Of a DNA stretch of 64,000 bases, positions 52,190-63,154 are shown piece after piece. Source of the DNA: Rebecca billardiae RCC1528 (Eukaryota; Protista; Haptophyta). The notes under the pieces are model-generated. The model did not search any database. It saw nothing but the letters and a program-made list of their open reading frames with translations, and had not been told where the DNA came from. The DNA is taken from positions 1,488,001-1,552,000 of the forward strand of contig OZ251227.1 of the NCBI GenBank assembly GCA_965240325.2. Reading direction: 5' to 3'. The position numbers and the translations under genes are program-made. Each line of letters begins with the position of its first letter. The first letter of the stretch is position 1.

Positions 52190-52365
52190 CTATATATCTA
52201 TATCTATATCTATATCTATATCTATATCTCTATATCTATATCTATATATCTATATCTATATCTATATCTATATCTATATCTATATCTATATCTATATCTA
52301 TATCTATATCTATATCTATATCTATATCTATATCTATATCTATATCTATATCTATATCTATATCT

Positions 52366-52396
<31 letters not shown>
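52190..52396. repeat. (TATATC)n microsatellite
   Basis: Read directly. Confidence 0.95.
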
Positions 52397-54405
52397 CTCG
52401 TCTGCGCTCGATCTATAAGTATTCTGAGACTCTCTGAGCCTAGTCTGACTGCATCCGGCAACGGTAGGGGGTCCAGCACACCAAAATAAAATCGAAAAAA
52501 TGCCTCGACGGGTTTTCAAGTGGAGTGAGCGCGAGTTTCGCCATAAATTCGAGCGCCGCGAGCGCGCGCGCCGAGCGGCCGGGTCGGGCTGTTCAGTGGC
52601 TGGCGGCGACGGAGATGCACGACTGGACGGTCATCACCACCGTCGCCTCGGCGCGACAGAGCGCGTACGAGCGTCGAGAACGCCCGATCGAGCGAGTCTG
52701 CGTGACCACCATGATGTCCCCGGACATATCGGTCGCCGGCGTCGGACATTGAAACCGCGAGGTTGCACGCGTGCCAGCGCGTTCAAGCTGGCTCATGCGC
52801 TCGAGATGGAGGAGGGTGCTCCCCTTGCAGATGATGCGCAGGCTCCGCGCACGCAGACGGTGCACAGACGCGGTCCCAAACACATGTACCTTCCATCTGT
52901 AGCGTTCCCGCGTACGTACCTGCCCCCCTGATGGCCCCGCGGTACTCCCGCGCGCATGCTTTCCACCGCCGCATTCACTCATGCAGCCGTTGGGGAGCGC
53001 GCACCGTCGCGTGTGCCGCCTCTCTCCGACGCCGAGACGCTGAAGGTAATCATCACGATGCCTGCCGCTAGTTTCTTACCGGTGCCGGGTGCGCGAGCGC
53101 ATCGACCTCTCGCTGGGCGACGTCCGCGCGCTCGTCACAACTCAAGGCACACGAGAAGGCCACGGCGCTGAGGATGGACCCAGCTCGGCAAGGATGGCCT
53201 GTTGAAGAAGAAGGTGGTGCACTACTGGTTTGAATCTCTCGCGTTCCGCCTCGAGTGGCCGGTTCATTGGCCCTGCCTGTTCTCTGTGCACGGCCGAGGC
53301 GCACACCTGGATAGTGGGGCTGCAGCAGATGTGCGGAAGCGAAGAGCGCGCACGGACGTCACGCTCACCGCGGAGCAGGCGCGCGACACCGAGCCCACTG
53401 GCGCCATCACGGCCGCCAACAGCCGCGCAGGCACATCCGAGGCCCAGGCGCGGCGTGAGGATCTGGCGGCGATCACAGCGGAGCAGCGCGCGGACCGCAC
53501 AATGGTCAAGGCGGTGAGCACGGCGGGCGTGGCAGCAGAGTCAGAGAGCGCGAAGATCGCAGCCGAGCAGCTCGCCGAGCCGGAGGCCGCCTCGATGGCT
53601 GGGCGCTGCAGCCGAGGTAATCGTAGACCGGTGGTGGCCTCGCATGGGCTCATGGGCTGGGGTAGGACGACTGGCGACGCGGCGCCGGTGCCGGCTGAGG
53701 AGTGCTGCTGACATCCCGCCGATAGCCATATTCATCTCCGGCGCCCGTATTCGAATGTACCCGCATATATAGACATTGATTTGAATACATATGGACTCGC
53801 ATCGACCGTTAGTATGTACGGGTACACATATGCTCATATTTACGGGTACCTACCTGTATTTAAATGGGTAACATGCTCGATCTTGCTGCTGTTTTTCCTG
53901 AATTTCTACGCGCCCAGCATGGTGCGCCAAATATTCAGTCGCTGCATCATAAATTCCTTCGACTGAGTGGCAACGGTTGTCAATAAGTACTACCGACCGC
54001 ATTCCGTCATCTAGCTGCCATAACGGGTGGGTACCACTTCGCTGAATCTCTATGTGACACTAAGTGGCCGGCAGCGCGCCCGCACGACGGCGCGACGGCA
54101 CGCGGAGTCGGTTTTGAGTGCTTCTGACGGCTGGGCTGGGCTGGGGGGCATACTAGAGGGCACTTCAACAGGCGGCAGCCTCGACAGACACCTGCATGGC
54201 AGGCCTGTCGAATATCCCCAACCGCTAGGCTGAGGGCCTGGACCCCCTAGCAACGGGTCGCGGACCGTCGGCCGGACCGTGAGTGTCCGACCGCGGACAC
54301 GCCGGACACCGAGGGCGAGTTGACGAAGTCTGGGAAGTCCTATAGTATTACTATAGCCATAGGCATATATAGTCGTACTGCTATGTATATAGCTAATAAT
54401 AATGA

Positions 54406-54420
54406 CTCTCTCTCTCTCTC

Positions 54421-54497
<77 letters not shown>

Positions 54498-54594
54498 CTC
54501 GATCTCGATCTCGATCTCGATCTCGATCTCGATCTCGATCTCGATCTCGATCTCGACCTCTCGATCTCTCGATCTCTCGATCTCTCGATCTCTC
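54406..54594. repeat. Compound (CT)n-(CGATCT)n-(CTCTCGAT)n microsatellite
   Basis: Read directly. Confidence 0.95.
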
Positions 54595-54605
54595 CGTGAC
54601 TCTAT

Positions 54606-54800
54606 TTAACGACGTGGTATGCAACGGGCAAGCGTCGCAGGCTCAGGGTACAGCAGACACATAGATTGATAGAAGGCGTCCGCGCCTTCCGACCAGGTCA
54701 GGCAGTGCGCCACCCGCAGCCCTGCCCCCCTACGGGAGCGGGGCCGGGATGGAGCACCGCCTAGCCCCTTGGATGTGTGGTCCGAAGACCTGATGTGTGT
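54606..54800 (-). mobile_element. Retroposon 3' end sharing the RLE-element tail (SINE-like or related LINE remnant; 5' boundary uncertain)
   Basis: The reverse complement of 54606-54636 (GACGCTTGCCCGTTGCATACCACGTCGTTAA) matches 16573-16603 at 30/31 and is likewise followed by a microsatellite. Confidence 0.6.
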
Positions 54801-55075
54801 GCCGATACTCCTTATCATTGGAGTATAATAGTAAATTGCATGATGAACAATGGCTGCTGTTGGCCTTGCTGCTCTTGATGGTTGGATGGTGAAACCGATC
54901 GAATTGCATCCTGATATGTAAAACGGTCTGCAGCATGGCGGCTGAAATTGCTCAGCGGCCCTTGCGGAATTAGTAACTAGTCTCCGGAGCTGGGGAATGG
55001 CAGCGCCGATGGCTGCCTTGGACTTTGACAGTGTTACTACTATAGGGGGGGCGATACATCAATGACTCAACTCAC

Positions 55076-57298
55076 TCAACAGTCCGATCGGTCCCAGGCT
55101 GAGTCACCGGGGCCACTGCTGCGCCAGGGTGAGGGTGATGACAAGACGTGCGTAGAGCGCGCAGAGCCAGCAGCGGAAGCCGAGGAGTTACGTGATGGGG
55201 GGTTGGGAGGCGACGAAGGCACGCTCAACGTGCGGGTGGGGCTGCTCGCCGCTAGTGTATCACACACTGCGGCGCTTGGCGTTGTGGGAAACGCGTCAAC
55301 TGTCACCGAGGGTAGCGCCGCCTGCGGCAGGATGGACGCCTGGCGCGACCCCGCCTGGCTGTTTGGCCCGGGCGCCATGGGGTCGGCCGTGCGGCCCATC
55401 GCGCGGTCGATGGCGGCGCGCAGCGAGCGCCAGAAGGTGACGGTGAGGGCCACGGCCGTCAGCGCGACGCAGCACAGCCCGTCGACCCCCGGCGGCAGCT
55501 GCGGCACGTCGTAGTACACGTGCCGCACGGCGACGTACAGCAGCGCGGGCGGCGCGACTGCGAGCGCCTGCGCGACAAAGCCGACCGCCAGCTCTCGCGC
55601 GTACGTGGGCTGGCGCGGGATGGCGTTCGAGAGCTTCACGAGCATGGCGAAGCCCATCGGCGTGACGCCGAAGCAGACGCTGATGCCGTACAGCATGTAG
55701 CTGAACATGCCCACCGCCTTGGGCGCCGCGCCGCCCCACACGTGCTGCGGCACGAGCGCGCGCTGCGCGACGTAGTCCAAAAAGACGATTGCGTTACACG
55801 CGATCGCTGGCAGGCAGGTGCGGAACGAGAAGGCGGCCGTGCTCGAGCCGACCTGCGAGCGCACATAGCGGCGCAGCGTGCTCTGCACGTAGCGCTCGAA
55901 CGTGGCGACGCCCACATCGACGGCGCCTCCGGCGAGCGCGGCCGGCCGGACCGAGGGCACCTCTGGAGAGGAGAGGCCGGCCACGCGCGGTGCCAGCGCG
56001 TGCGGCGCGTACCACGCACCGATCAGCGCGAGGATGAGCGCGCGGTCCGCGGGCTCGGAGCAGTCCGCGTCGGCCACGCGGAACGAGCGCAGGTGCTGCT
56101 CGAGCCGCGCGCGCTCGTGCGAGAGCTGCCGCATCGACGGGATCGTCAGCAGCAGCGGGATGCCAATCGTCGCCGCGACCAGCCCGTACCCGAGCAGGAA
56201 GTACATCCTGGGCACCAACTCGAGGAAGCCGATGGAGCCGCACGCGAGGCCGACGACTCCGCCGCAGAAGATGAAGCGCACGAGCGCGAGCGGCACGATG
56301 CGCACCGCGTGGTCCGCGTCGCGCTCAGCGAAGCGCAGCGGCGGCGTGAGCGAGCCGTCAGACACGTCCAGCTGCAGCTGGCTGAGCGAGCGCTCGATGC
56401 CACGCCGCCGGTCGAGGGCGCGCAGGAACGCGGCGACCTCCAGGCAGCACCACAGCCGATGGAAATAGCCCGGCGACCAGAGGATGAGCATGCGGCGCGA
56501 GACGTTGAGGAAGCCGCCAAGGGCCTCAATCCCCGCGCGGCGCTTGTTGTGGTCCGTCTGGTGGATGCACAGACGGTCCACAAACAGCAGCCGTGGGCGC
56601 ACGAGCCTCAGCCACGCCGCCAGCCGGCTGGCCGACGAGATGCCCGCCGGGGCGAGCACGAGCGCGCAGACGCCGAACACACCCGACCATGGCGCCAACG
56701 GGTACATCGAGTTGCCGTCGGCGCGCGGCAGGTCCGAGATGCCCGTGTCACCGACCGCAGGCAGCGCGCCGAGCACCGTGAGGGCGCAGCCGATGGCTGC
56801 CGCGACAAACCCCACGCACAGCGCGGGCGAGAGCGTGAAGGTGTACACGAGCGCAAAGTACTTCGCGATGCGCGAGGCCGCCCACACGTGCGAGACGAAG
56901 TAATCCACCGAGTCGGTCGGCTGCGAGCGCTCGTAGTCCTCCGCAGAGCCATCGCACGAGGAGAAGACGACCGCGCCGCGTGACATCACCTGCCATAAGG
57001 GCGCGCCGCGCAGGAGCGCGTCTACGCCACGACCGTTCGAGTATGCGTGCACCCGCTCCAGCGTCGAGACGCAGAGGAGCGCGTTGTCGCCATCGTGGCT
57101 GCTGTCGTCGTTGCGAGCAGCCCCATCGACCGCTCCCCCCTGCTTGAGAGGACCGTGCTCCGGGGGCACGTCGTTGCTCACGCCATTCACTGACGTGACC
57201 GACGCAGCGGAGCGCGAGGAGTCAATCAGGACGCTCGCCGAGCTTTTCGAGCTGCGCCTGCCCGAGTCCTCCCCCTCGATGAGGCGTGGCAGCAACAT
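55076..57298 (-). CDS. Multi-TM protein with a TIR/HET-like domain split by transmembrane helices
   Basis: 'DYFVSHVW..KY', two hydrophobic helices, then 'LFVDRLCIHQ..GIEALGGFL..SRRMLILWSPGYFHRLWCCLEVAAF' (TIR-like WCxxE), then 'F.V..A.C..PADR..I..I..WY' and more TMs. Confidence 0.75.
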   Translation of the reverse strand: MLLPRLIEGEDSGRRSSKSSASVLIDSSRSAASVTSVNGVSNDVPPEHGPLKQGGAVDGAARNDDSSHDGDNALLCVSTLERVHAYSNGRGVDALLRGAPLWQVMSRGAVVFSSCDGSAEDYERSQPTDSVDYFVSHVWAASRIAKYFALVYTFTLSPALCVGFVAAAIGCALTVLGALPAVGDTGISDLPRADGNSMYPLAPWSGVFGVCALVLAPAGISSASRLAAWLRLVRPRLLFVDRLCIHQTDHNKRRAGIEALGGFLNVSRRMLILWSPGYFHRLWCCLEVAAFLRALDRRRGIERSLSQLQLDVSDGSLTPPLRFAERDADHAVRIVPLALVRFIFCGGVVGLACGSIGFLELVPRMYFLLGYGLVAATIGIPLLLTIPSMRQLSHERARLEQHLRSFRVADADCSEPADRALILALIGAWYAPHALAPRVAGLSSPEVPSVRPAALAGGAVDVGVATFERYVQSTLRRYVRSQVGSSTAAFSFRTCLPAIACNAIVFLDYVAQRALVPQHVWGGAAPKAVGMFSYMLYGISVCFGVTPMGFAMLVKLSNAIPRQPTYARELAVGFVAQALAVAPPALLYVAVRHVYYDVPQLPPGVDGLCCVALTAVALTVTFWRSLRAAIDRAMGRTADPMAPGPNSQAGSRQASILPQAALPSVTVDAFPTTPSAAVCDTLAASSPTRTLSVPSSPPNPPSRNSSASAAGSARSTHVLSSPSPWRSSGPGDSAWDRSDC

Positions 57299-58583
57299 TT
57301 TGCCCCCGCCACACTCCCCTCTCGTTCGGGAGGATCTGAGCAGCGATCTCACGCCAATCTGGTCTGGTACGCCGTCACCCTGATACTGTACTATCAGGGC
57401 CAGAGGCACAAGTGCGCAACGGTATACTCACATACCTGCGAGCCTGCAGCATAAACCGAATACGCGGCTGGAATGAATATCTTGATGATATATGAAGGAG
57501 TCCGTTGATCTCGCACACGTATTCATCAAGTGCTTTTAATAGCACATATTCATTCGGGCCATTCGCCATATTCATCAGGACCGGCCCACTACTTAGATAA
57601 CTGATCAAACGCTCATATTTCATCATTGCTCGGGAAGACAGTCGTTAGGAAAGAAAGTACGGTAGAAAATTGGCTTGCTTCAGCCGGACCCTGACAGTCA
57701 CAAGTGTGAGAGTGAGTGTCGTCACTCAGCCGTCAGTGACAGTCGTCACACAGTCGTCCGTGATCAACAGCACTTGCCTCCGTGATTCAAGCGGGAAAAC
57801 TAGGTTACGTACGATTCTCAAGCACAATGTGCGGAACGCCTACTGTAAGTAGCAGGCTCACGAGCGGGGCCCGTGCTACTGCCAAGCTACGTCAGTTGAT
57901 CAGAAACTCAGCCGAAGTGCGGATGCGGTCCGGCGGGTCGGCTCCACTCACCACTGCCGGGACCTGGCGCGAGGCCCGCGTAACGGGCGCGTTACGTCCT
58001 GGCCGGAACCGAATGCGCGCCCGCCCCGGCTCACGGCTCGGGCCGGCCGGCGCCAGTTGGCTCAAGCCAGTGTCCAAACCAGGACAGGCCAACCGGTCGA
58101 TGATGCGTATCGACCTGATACGTGCGGCGGCGTTCCCGGCGCGCGCAAAACACGACATGCACGTGTCCGTGTCCGTGATGCCCTGGGCGGCGCGGAGGTG
58201 CACAGTTCGCTCACTTTGGTCGGCGATTCACGAGTTGGCGGCTGCAGCTTGATCGGTGTGAGGCGTGAGCGGGGCCATGCGATCCGTGCGCCTCGTGCTG
58301 CTCACGCGCCGCAGCCGCAGGGTCTCCGTGAGGCCGAGCCCAGGCGAGTCCAATTCCGGGCTGCGCCGATCGGTTGCGCCCACGCCCCGCGTGGCGCGCA
58401 TCGCAGGTGGCAGCGGCGGCGCGCCACTGCTGCTCGTGCGCGGGCGTGATCGACGCGCAGGGGTACCCTGCCCATCGTCGTCGTGGGAGCCCATCCGCTG
58501 GCCGCGCGGCACGGCTGGGGCACGCTCCACGGCCACAGCGCACAGCCCACCTCCACGGCAGCAAGCTGCGAGGTGCGAGCTGC

Positions 58584-59321
58584 TCACGCCATGGGCATGG
58601 CGCGCGTGCCAGCGGCAGCGGGCGCGACGCGCGTGCCGCCCGCGCCGTCCGACTTTGGTGGCGGCCCCGTGTTCAGCGGGGCGGTTTTGGGCGGCCGCGC
58701 GTACGCCTGGAACGTGTCGCCCGCCTTCAGGCCGAGCGGCACCACCAGGTCGACGGAGCGGCCGTCGGGCGCCTGCACGGTGATGAGCGAGCCCGAGCCC
58801 TGCCCGATCGGCACGGTCTCCATCCACGAGAGCGTGGGCGAGCGCAGCGCGTACCACAGCGTCTTGTCCGGCAGGCCGAGCTGGGTGTCGTCGTGCCAGC
58901 CGAACTCGAGCTCGCAGCCCGCTTGCCGGAACGCGTCCATGTGCCGCGCGCCCGTGACCTGGCCGGTCTCGATCACCTTGGGGTACTGCAGGAAGAAGAT
59001 CAGCGCGGCGATCAGCATGAAGAGGATGTAGAGGACGAGCAGGCTGAGGAAGGTGCCGCCGACCATGAGCATGCACACGTACACCGCGGTGAGCCCGATC
59101 GCCGCGCGCGCCGCGAGCTTCGGGTAGCGGATCATCCCGTCGACGTCGTCGATGAAGCGCAGCCAGACCGTCATCGGCACGACACCGTCCAGCTGGATGG
59201 GCATCGCGGCGCGGCGGGAGTTCGACCAGTTGAGCCATGCGCGTTGAGACCTCCACGACAGCACGGCGAGCTTTGCCGTCTCCTTCGGCGGGCCGCCGGT
59301 CGGGATCGCCCCGCTGCTCAT
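58584..59321 (-). CDS. Two-TM membrane protein with a C-terminal 'VP.G..G..I.V.APDG..VP.GL..GDTF' module
   Basis: ATG at 59321 (MSSGAIP), two clear TM segments; divergent from the Sfi1-like gene. Confidence 0.7.
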   Translation of the reverse strand: MSSGAIPTGGPPKETAKLAVLSWRSQRAWLNWSNSRRAAMPIQLDGVVPMTVWLRFIDDVDGMIRYPKLAARAAIGLTAVYVCMLMVGGTFLSLLVLYILFMLIAALIFFLQYPKVIETGQVTGARHMDAFRQAGCELEFGWHDDTQLGLPDKTLWYALRSPTLSWMETVPIGQGSGSLITVQAPDGRSVDLVVPLGLKAGDTFQAYARPPKTAPLNTGPPPKSDGAGGTRVAPAAAGTRAMPMA

Positions 59322-59499
59322 CGCGCTCAGAATGCCCGCTCGCCAGCACCAGGAGGAGCGCGCTCGCGAGTCGCGACTCCGCCACTTTTGCGCGTCTGAA
59401 ATAGCGCTGCACGGCCCGCGCGCGGAAAAACCCGCGACGAAACCGCCAAAGCCCAAAGTCAAGGTGAACAGCATGGGGCGGCCGTGAGAGCGCGATCTC

Positions 59500-62400
59500 A
59501 TGGAGGACGACGAGGATGACTCGGCCGTGTTCGGCGGCGTGCCGCACGCGATGGCGGGCCGGGTGGGCACGGTCGTGCTCGTCCGCCCAACCCTCGCGCC
59601 CCCAAGCGCGCGCCTCTCCGTCCGCGCGCGGCCGCCCCTCGCCGAGCTCCTCGCGCACGACCACGGCGACGGCCTCGTGTCCGTGCTCTTCAGAGGGGAG
59701 GCGCCCGCCGTGCACACGCTCGACGTGCGCGCGGGGCGGCACGCGCTCACGGCGGGGGGCGGCGAGCCGATTGTCGTCCGCATCACGCCGACGCCAGACG
59801 TCGCCGCGCACGCCGCCGGCCTGTGGGCCGTGCGCACGTGGCGCGCGCGCGCCGGCGAGCGGACGGCGGCGCGCGCCCTCCTGCTGCGCGCGCGAGAGGT
59901 GGAGGGCGCGCTCGCGCTCGCGCGGGCGCTCGACGCGTTCGGCGCGTCGGCGCGTCGACGAATGCTCGCAGCCATCCGCCGGCGCTCGCGCCGCGCGCTC
60001 TTCGCCCTCTGGCGCTCGCGCGCGCGCGCTCGCGGCCGGCTCACGCGCGCGCACGCCATCGCAGTCGTGCAGCACGGCATGCAGTGGGCGCGGATCAGGA
60101 TGGCGGCGGCGTGGGATCGGTGGCCGCGCGTCGGCGGGTTCGGGCGCGTGCGGCGCTGGACCAAGGCCGCGCGCCTCGCCCAGCTGCGCGACGCCGCCGC
60201 CGAGCGCGCACGCCTGACCCGCCTGCAGCGCGAACACGCGAGGCGCGCCGCTGCGGCCGCGTGGCGCTCGCGCGCGCGCGCGCTCGCGACCGCGCGGGAG
60301 GCGATGGCGGCGGCGGCGGAGCACGCGGCGCCGCGGCTGAAGCGCGAGCGCGTGCGGCTGTGGGCGGCGCACGCCGCCGAGCGCGGCGCGATGGACGACT
60401 TCCGCCGGCGCGGGCGCACACTCCGCCGCTGGCGCGCGTGGGCCGCCTGGGTGGAGCGCGCGGCCGCGGCGCACGGCCCGAGCGCGGCCGAGCGCGCGCG
60501 CGCCGCAGAGTGGCACGCGCGGCGCTCGCGCGCGACGCTCGTGCGCAGGTGGCGGCGCGGCGCGCGGAGCGCGCGGTACCGCCGCGAGGCGACGCGCCAC
60601 ATCGCGCGCGCGCGCGTCGCGCCGCTGTACGAGGAGTGGCGCGGCGCCGTCGCCGCCGCTCGGCTGCGCGCCGCGGCCTTCGCGCGCGCGCTCGCGGACG
60701 GCGGCGCGGCGGCGGCGCGGCTGCGCGCGTGGCGGGCAGCGGCGGAGACGGGCCGCGCGCGGCGGCGGCGCGAGGCGGTGCGCGTGTGGCGAGCGCGCGC
60801 GTCGCGCGAGGCGCTCGCGGATCGCGCCGCCGCGCTCCTCTTCCGCGCCGCGCTCGCCGCCGCCGCCGAGCGCTGGCGCGCGCGCGCGCGCGTCGCGGCG
60901 CGCGAGCGCGGGCTTGGCGCGGCCGCCTTGCTGCTGCGGCGGCTGCGCGGCTGCGGGCGCGGGCTGGCGGCGCTGCGCGCGCGCGCGGCGGTGGGCGCGC
61001 CCGCACGGCTCGGGCGCAGCGCACTGCAGCGCGCGGCCGCGCTGCGCGCGCTGCGCGCGCGCTCGGCCGCCGCCGCCGAGCTGCGCGCCGCCGCCGGCGC
61101 GGCGCGCTGGCGCGCGCGCGGCGCGCTGCGCGGGCGCGCGGCCGTGCGCGCGTGGGCGGCGCGCGCCGCGGCGGCGGCCGCGCTGTGGGCGCGCGTCGAG
61201 GCGGCGAGGCTCGCGCTGCGGCCCGCCGTGCTCCGCGCCGCGCGCGCGCGCTGGCGTGCCGGCCTCGCCGCGCGCGCCGAGAACGCGCGCGCGTGGGCGG
61301 CGCTGCTGGCCGCAGCGGTGCCGCGCGCGATGGCGGCGCGCGCTCAGCGCGCGTGGCGGCGCGCGGCGCGGCGCGCGGCGCGGCGCGTGGCGCTGGCGCG
61401 CACGGGCGGGCGCGCGGCGCGCGGCTGGCGCGCGTGGCTCGGCCACACGTCGCGCGCGCACCGCACGCGCTCGCTGCGCGCGCGGCTCGCCGCGTGCGCG
61501 CCCGTCACGGCGCAGCGCGCCCGCGCCCGCACCGTCGCTTCCAAGGCCGCGGCACTCACGGCCGTGCGCGCGCGCGCCGCGCTCGGCCGCGCCGCGCTCG
61601 CGGGCGGCGTGCTGGGCGCGGCGGCGCGCGCTCGGCGCGCCGAGGCGGCGCTCGTGCTCGGCCTCGGCCTCATCGCCGCCACGGCCGCGCGCCAGCGCGC
61701 CGCCGTGCTCGCCGCGCTCGGCAGCGTCTACGCCACGCTTCGCCGCGCGCGCGCCGCGCTCGCGGCCGCCGCGGCGCGCGGCGCGGCCGAGCGCGCGGCG
61801 CGCGCCGCGTCCTCAGCGGCGCGTGCGCGGCGCGCGCTGCCTCAGCTCGGCGCGCGCGCGGCGCGGCTGCGGCGGCGCGGGCTGCTCGCCGAGGCGGCCG
61901 CGGCGTACGCGTGGCGCGCGCGCGCGCGCCGCGCCCTGCGCGCCGTCGGCGCCGCCGCCGGCAGCGCGCGCGCGCTGCGCGCCGCGGGCGCGGGCGCGGC
62001 GGCGCGGCGCGCGCTGCGGCGGTGGACCTCGTTCGCGCGCGGAGGCGGCGGCGCGGACGGCGCGAGGCTGCCACCGCGGCTGCTGCTGCGTGTCGGCGCG
62101 CGCGCGGACGCGGCTCGTCTGTCGAGGCGCGCGCCGCGCGCGCTCGCGCGCTGGCGCGCGCTCGCCACGCTCGCGCGCCGCGCACGCGCCGCCGGCCACG
62201 TCGGCCGCGCCACGCGGCGGCGCGAGGCGGCGGGCGCATGGGCCGCGGCCGCGCGCGCGCGCGCCGCGAGCGCGGGCGCGCGCGCGCGGCTCTACGTGCG
62301 GGCGGCGGCGTGCCTGGCGGTGCGCCTCGCGCGCGCGCCGCGCCGCGCGCTGCAGCGGTGGGGCCGCGCCGCCGTCGCGCGCCGAGGACGCCGCGCAGAC

Positions 62401-62877
62401 GCGACGGCGGCACGCGCACTGTCCCGCGCGCACGCGGGCCGCGCGCGCGCCGCGCTGCGCGTGTGGCACCGGCGCGCGTCTGCGGCGCGCTCAGGGCGCT
62501 CGCGCCGCACCGCCACGCTGCGCGCCGCCGCCGAGCGCGGCCGCGTGCTAGCCGGCCTCGCGCGCGCGTGGGCCACGTGGATCGGCCGCTCGGGCATGCG
62601 CCTCGCCGCGCGCCGCGCGCGCGCGCGCTCGCCGCCGCCGCCCGCCGCCGCGCGCCCGAGCCGCGTCAGCCCCGGCAGGCGTCGGCAGGTGCAGCTCCGG
62701 CCAGGGCGGCCGTTTGTCGGCGGCCGGCTGCAACGGCTCGACCTGAGCTCCATCGCCATCGCGACGGGCGACGACACGCGCCATGCGGCGGCGTCGCTGA
62801 CGATGCCAGGACCGGCGGCCGCGCTGAGTCTGATGAGCCCCAGAGCGCCACTGGCGCCCGCGCGCCTGCTCGCCTGA
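59500..62877 (+). CDS. Sfi1-like (centrin-binding) Trp-repeat protein, very Ala/Arg-rich
   Basis: Recurrent 'L..(L/F)..WR' units with regularly spaced Trp ('ALFALWR','TLRRWRAW','LVRRWR','LYEEWR','ALRRW','ALARWR','ALQRW','ALRVWH'). Confidence 0.6.
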   Translation: MEDDEDDSAVFGGVPHAMAGRVGTVVLVRPTLAPPSARLSVRARPPLAELLAHDHGDGLVSVLFRGEAPAVHTLDVRAGRHALTAGGGEPIVVRITPTPDVAAHAAGLWAVRTWRARAGERTAARALLLRAREVEGALALARALDAFGASARRRMLAAIRRRSRRALFALWRSRARARGRLTRAHAIAVVQHGMQWARIRMAAAWDRWPRVGGFGRVRRWTKAARLAQLRDAAAERARLTRLQREHARRAAAAAWRSRARALATAREAMAAAAEHAAPRLKRERVRLWAAHAAERGAMDDFRRRGRTLRRWRAWAAWVERAAAAHGPSAAERARAAEWHARRSRATLVRRWRRGARSARYRREATRHIARARVAPLYEEWRGAVAAARLRAAAFARALADGGAAAARLRAWRAAAETGRARRRREAVRVWRARASREALADRAAALLFRAALAAAAERWRARARVAARERGLGAAALLLRRLRGCGRGLAALRARAAVGAPARLGRSALQRAAALRALRARSAAAAELRAAAGAARWRARGALRGRAAVRAWAARAAAAAALWARVEAARLALRPAVLRAARARWRAGLAARAENARAWAALLAAAVPRAMAARAQRAWRRAARRAARRVALARTGGRAARGWRAWLGHTSRAHRTRSLRARLAACAPVTAQRARARTVASKAAALTAVRARAALGRAALAGGVLGAAARARRAEAALVLGLGLIAATAARQRAAVLAALGSVYATLRRARAALAAAAARGAAERAARAASSAARARRALPQLGARAARLRRRGLLAEAAAAYAWRARARRALRAVGAAAGSARALRAAGAGAAARRALRRWTSFARGGGGADGARLPPRLLLRVGARADAARLSRRAPRALARWRALATLARRARAAGHVGRATRRREAAGAWAAAARARAASAGARARLYVRAAACLAVRLARAPRRALQRWGRAAVARRGRRADATAARALSRAHAGRARAALRVWHRRASAARSGRSRRTATLRAAAERGRVLAGLARAWATWIGRSGMRLAARRARARSPPPPAAARPSRVSPGRRRQVQLRPGRPFVGGRLQRLDLSSIAIATGDDTRHAAASLTMPGPAAALSLMSPRAPLAPARLLA

Positions 62878-63154
62878 TCGGTGATCCGCGCAGAATGCAG
62901 AGCCAGCTGAGCCAGATTCATCATCACGACATCCGCTGCGATAAATTATTCCGACGATTATTGATGACCCGTTGCAAGCGTGAGCGCCGGAAAAACGACA
63001 CTCAGAATCGCCGACGCTGCCGCGCTGCGGCGGACACATGGCTGCCCTGCGGCGTCGCGCGGGCGCGCGGCTCGACTAGTCGAAGCCGCCGCCGCAGACT
63101 TGCCCGGCGCGCGTGGCGGACAGCCGCGCGTGCGAAAGGCAGGCATCCAGTCAG

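Noticed and set aside
52470-53870. Possible degraded transposon or gene fragments (e.g. ORF 53202..53711)
   Set aside because: No recognisable motif, TIR pair or TSD could be established.
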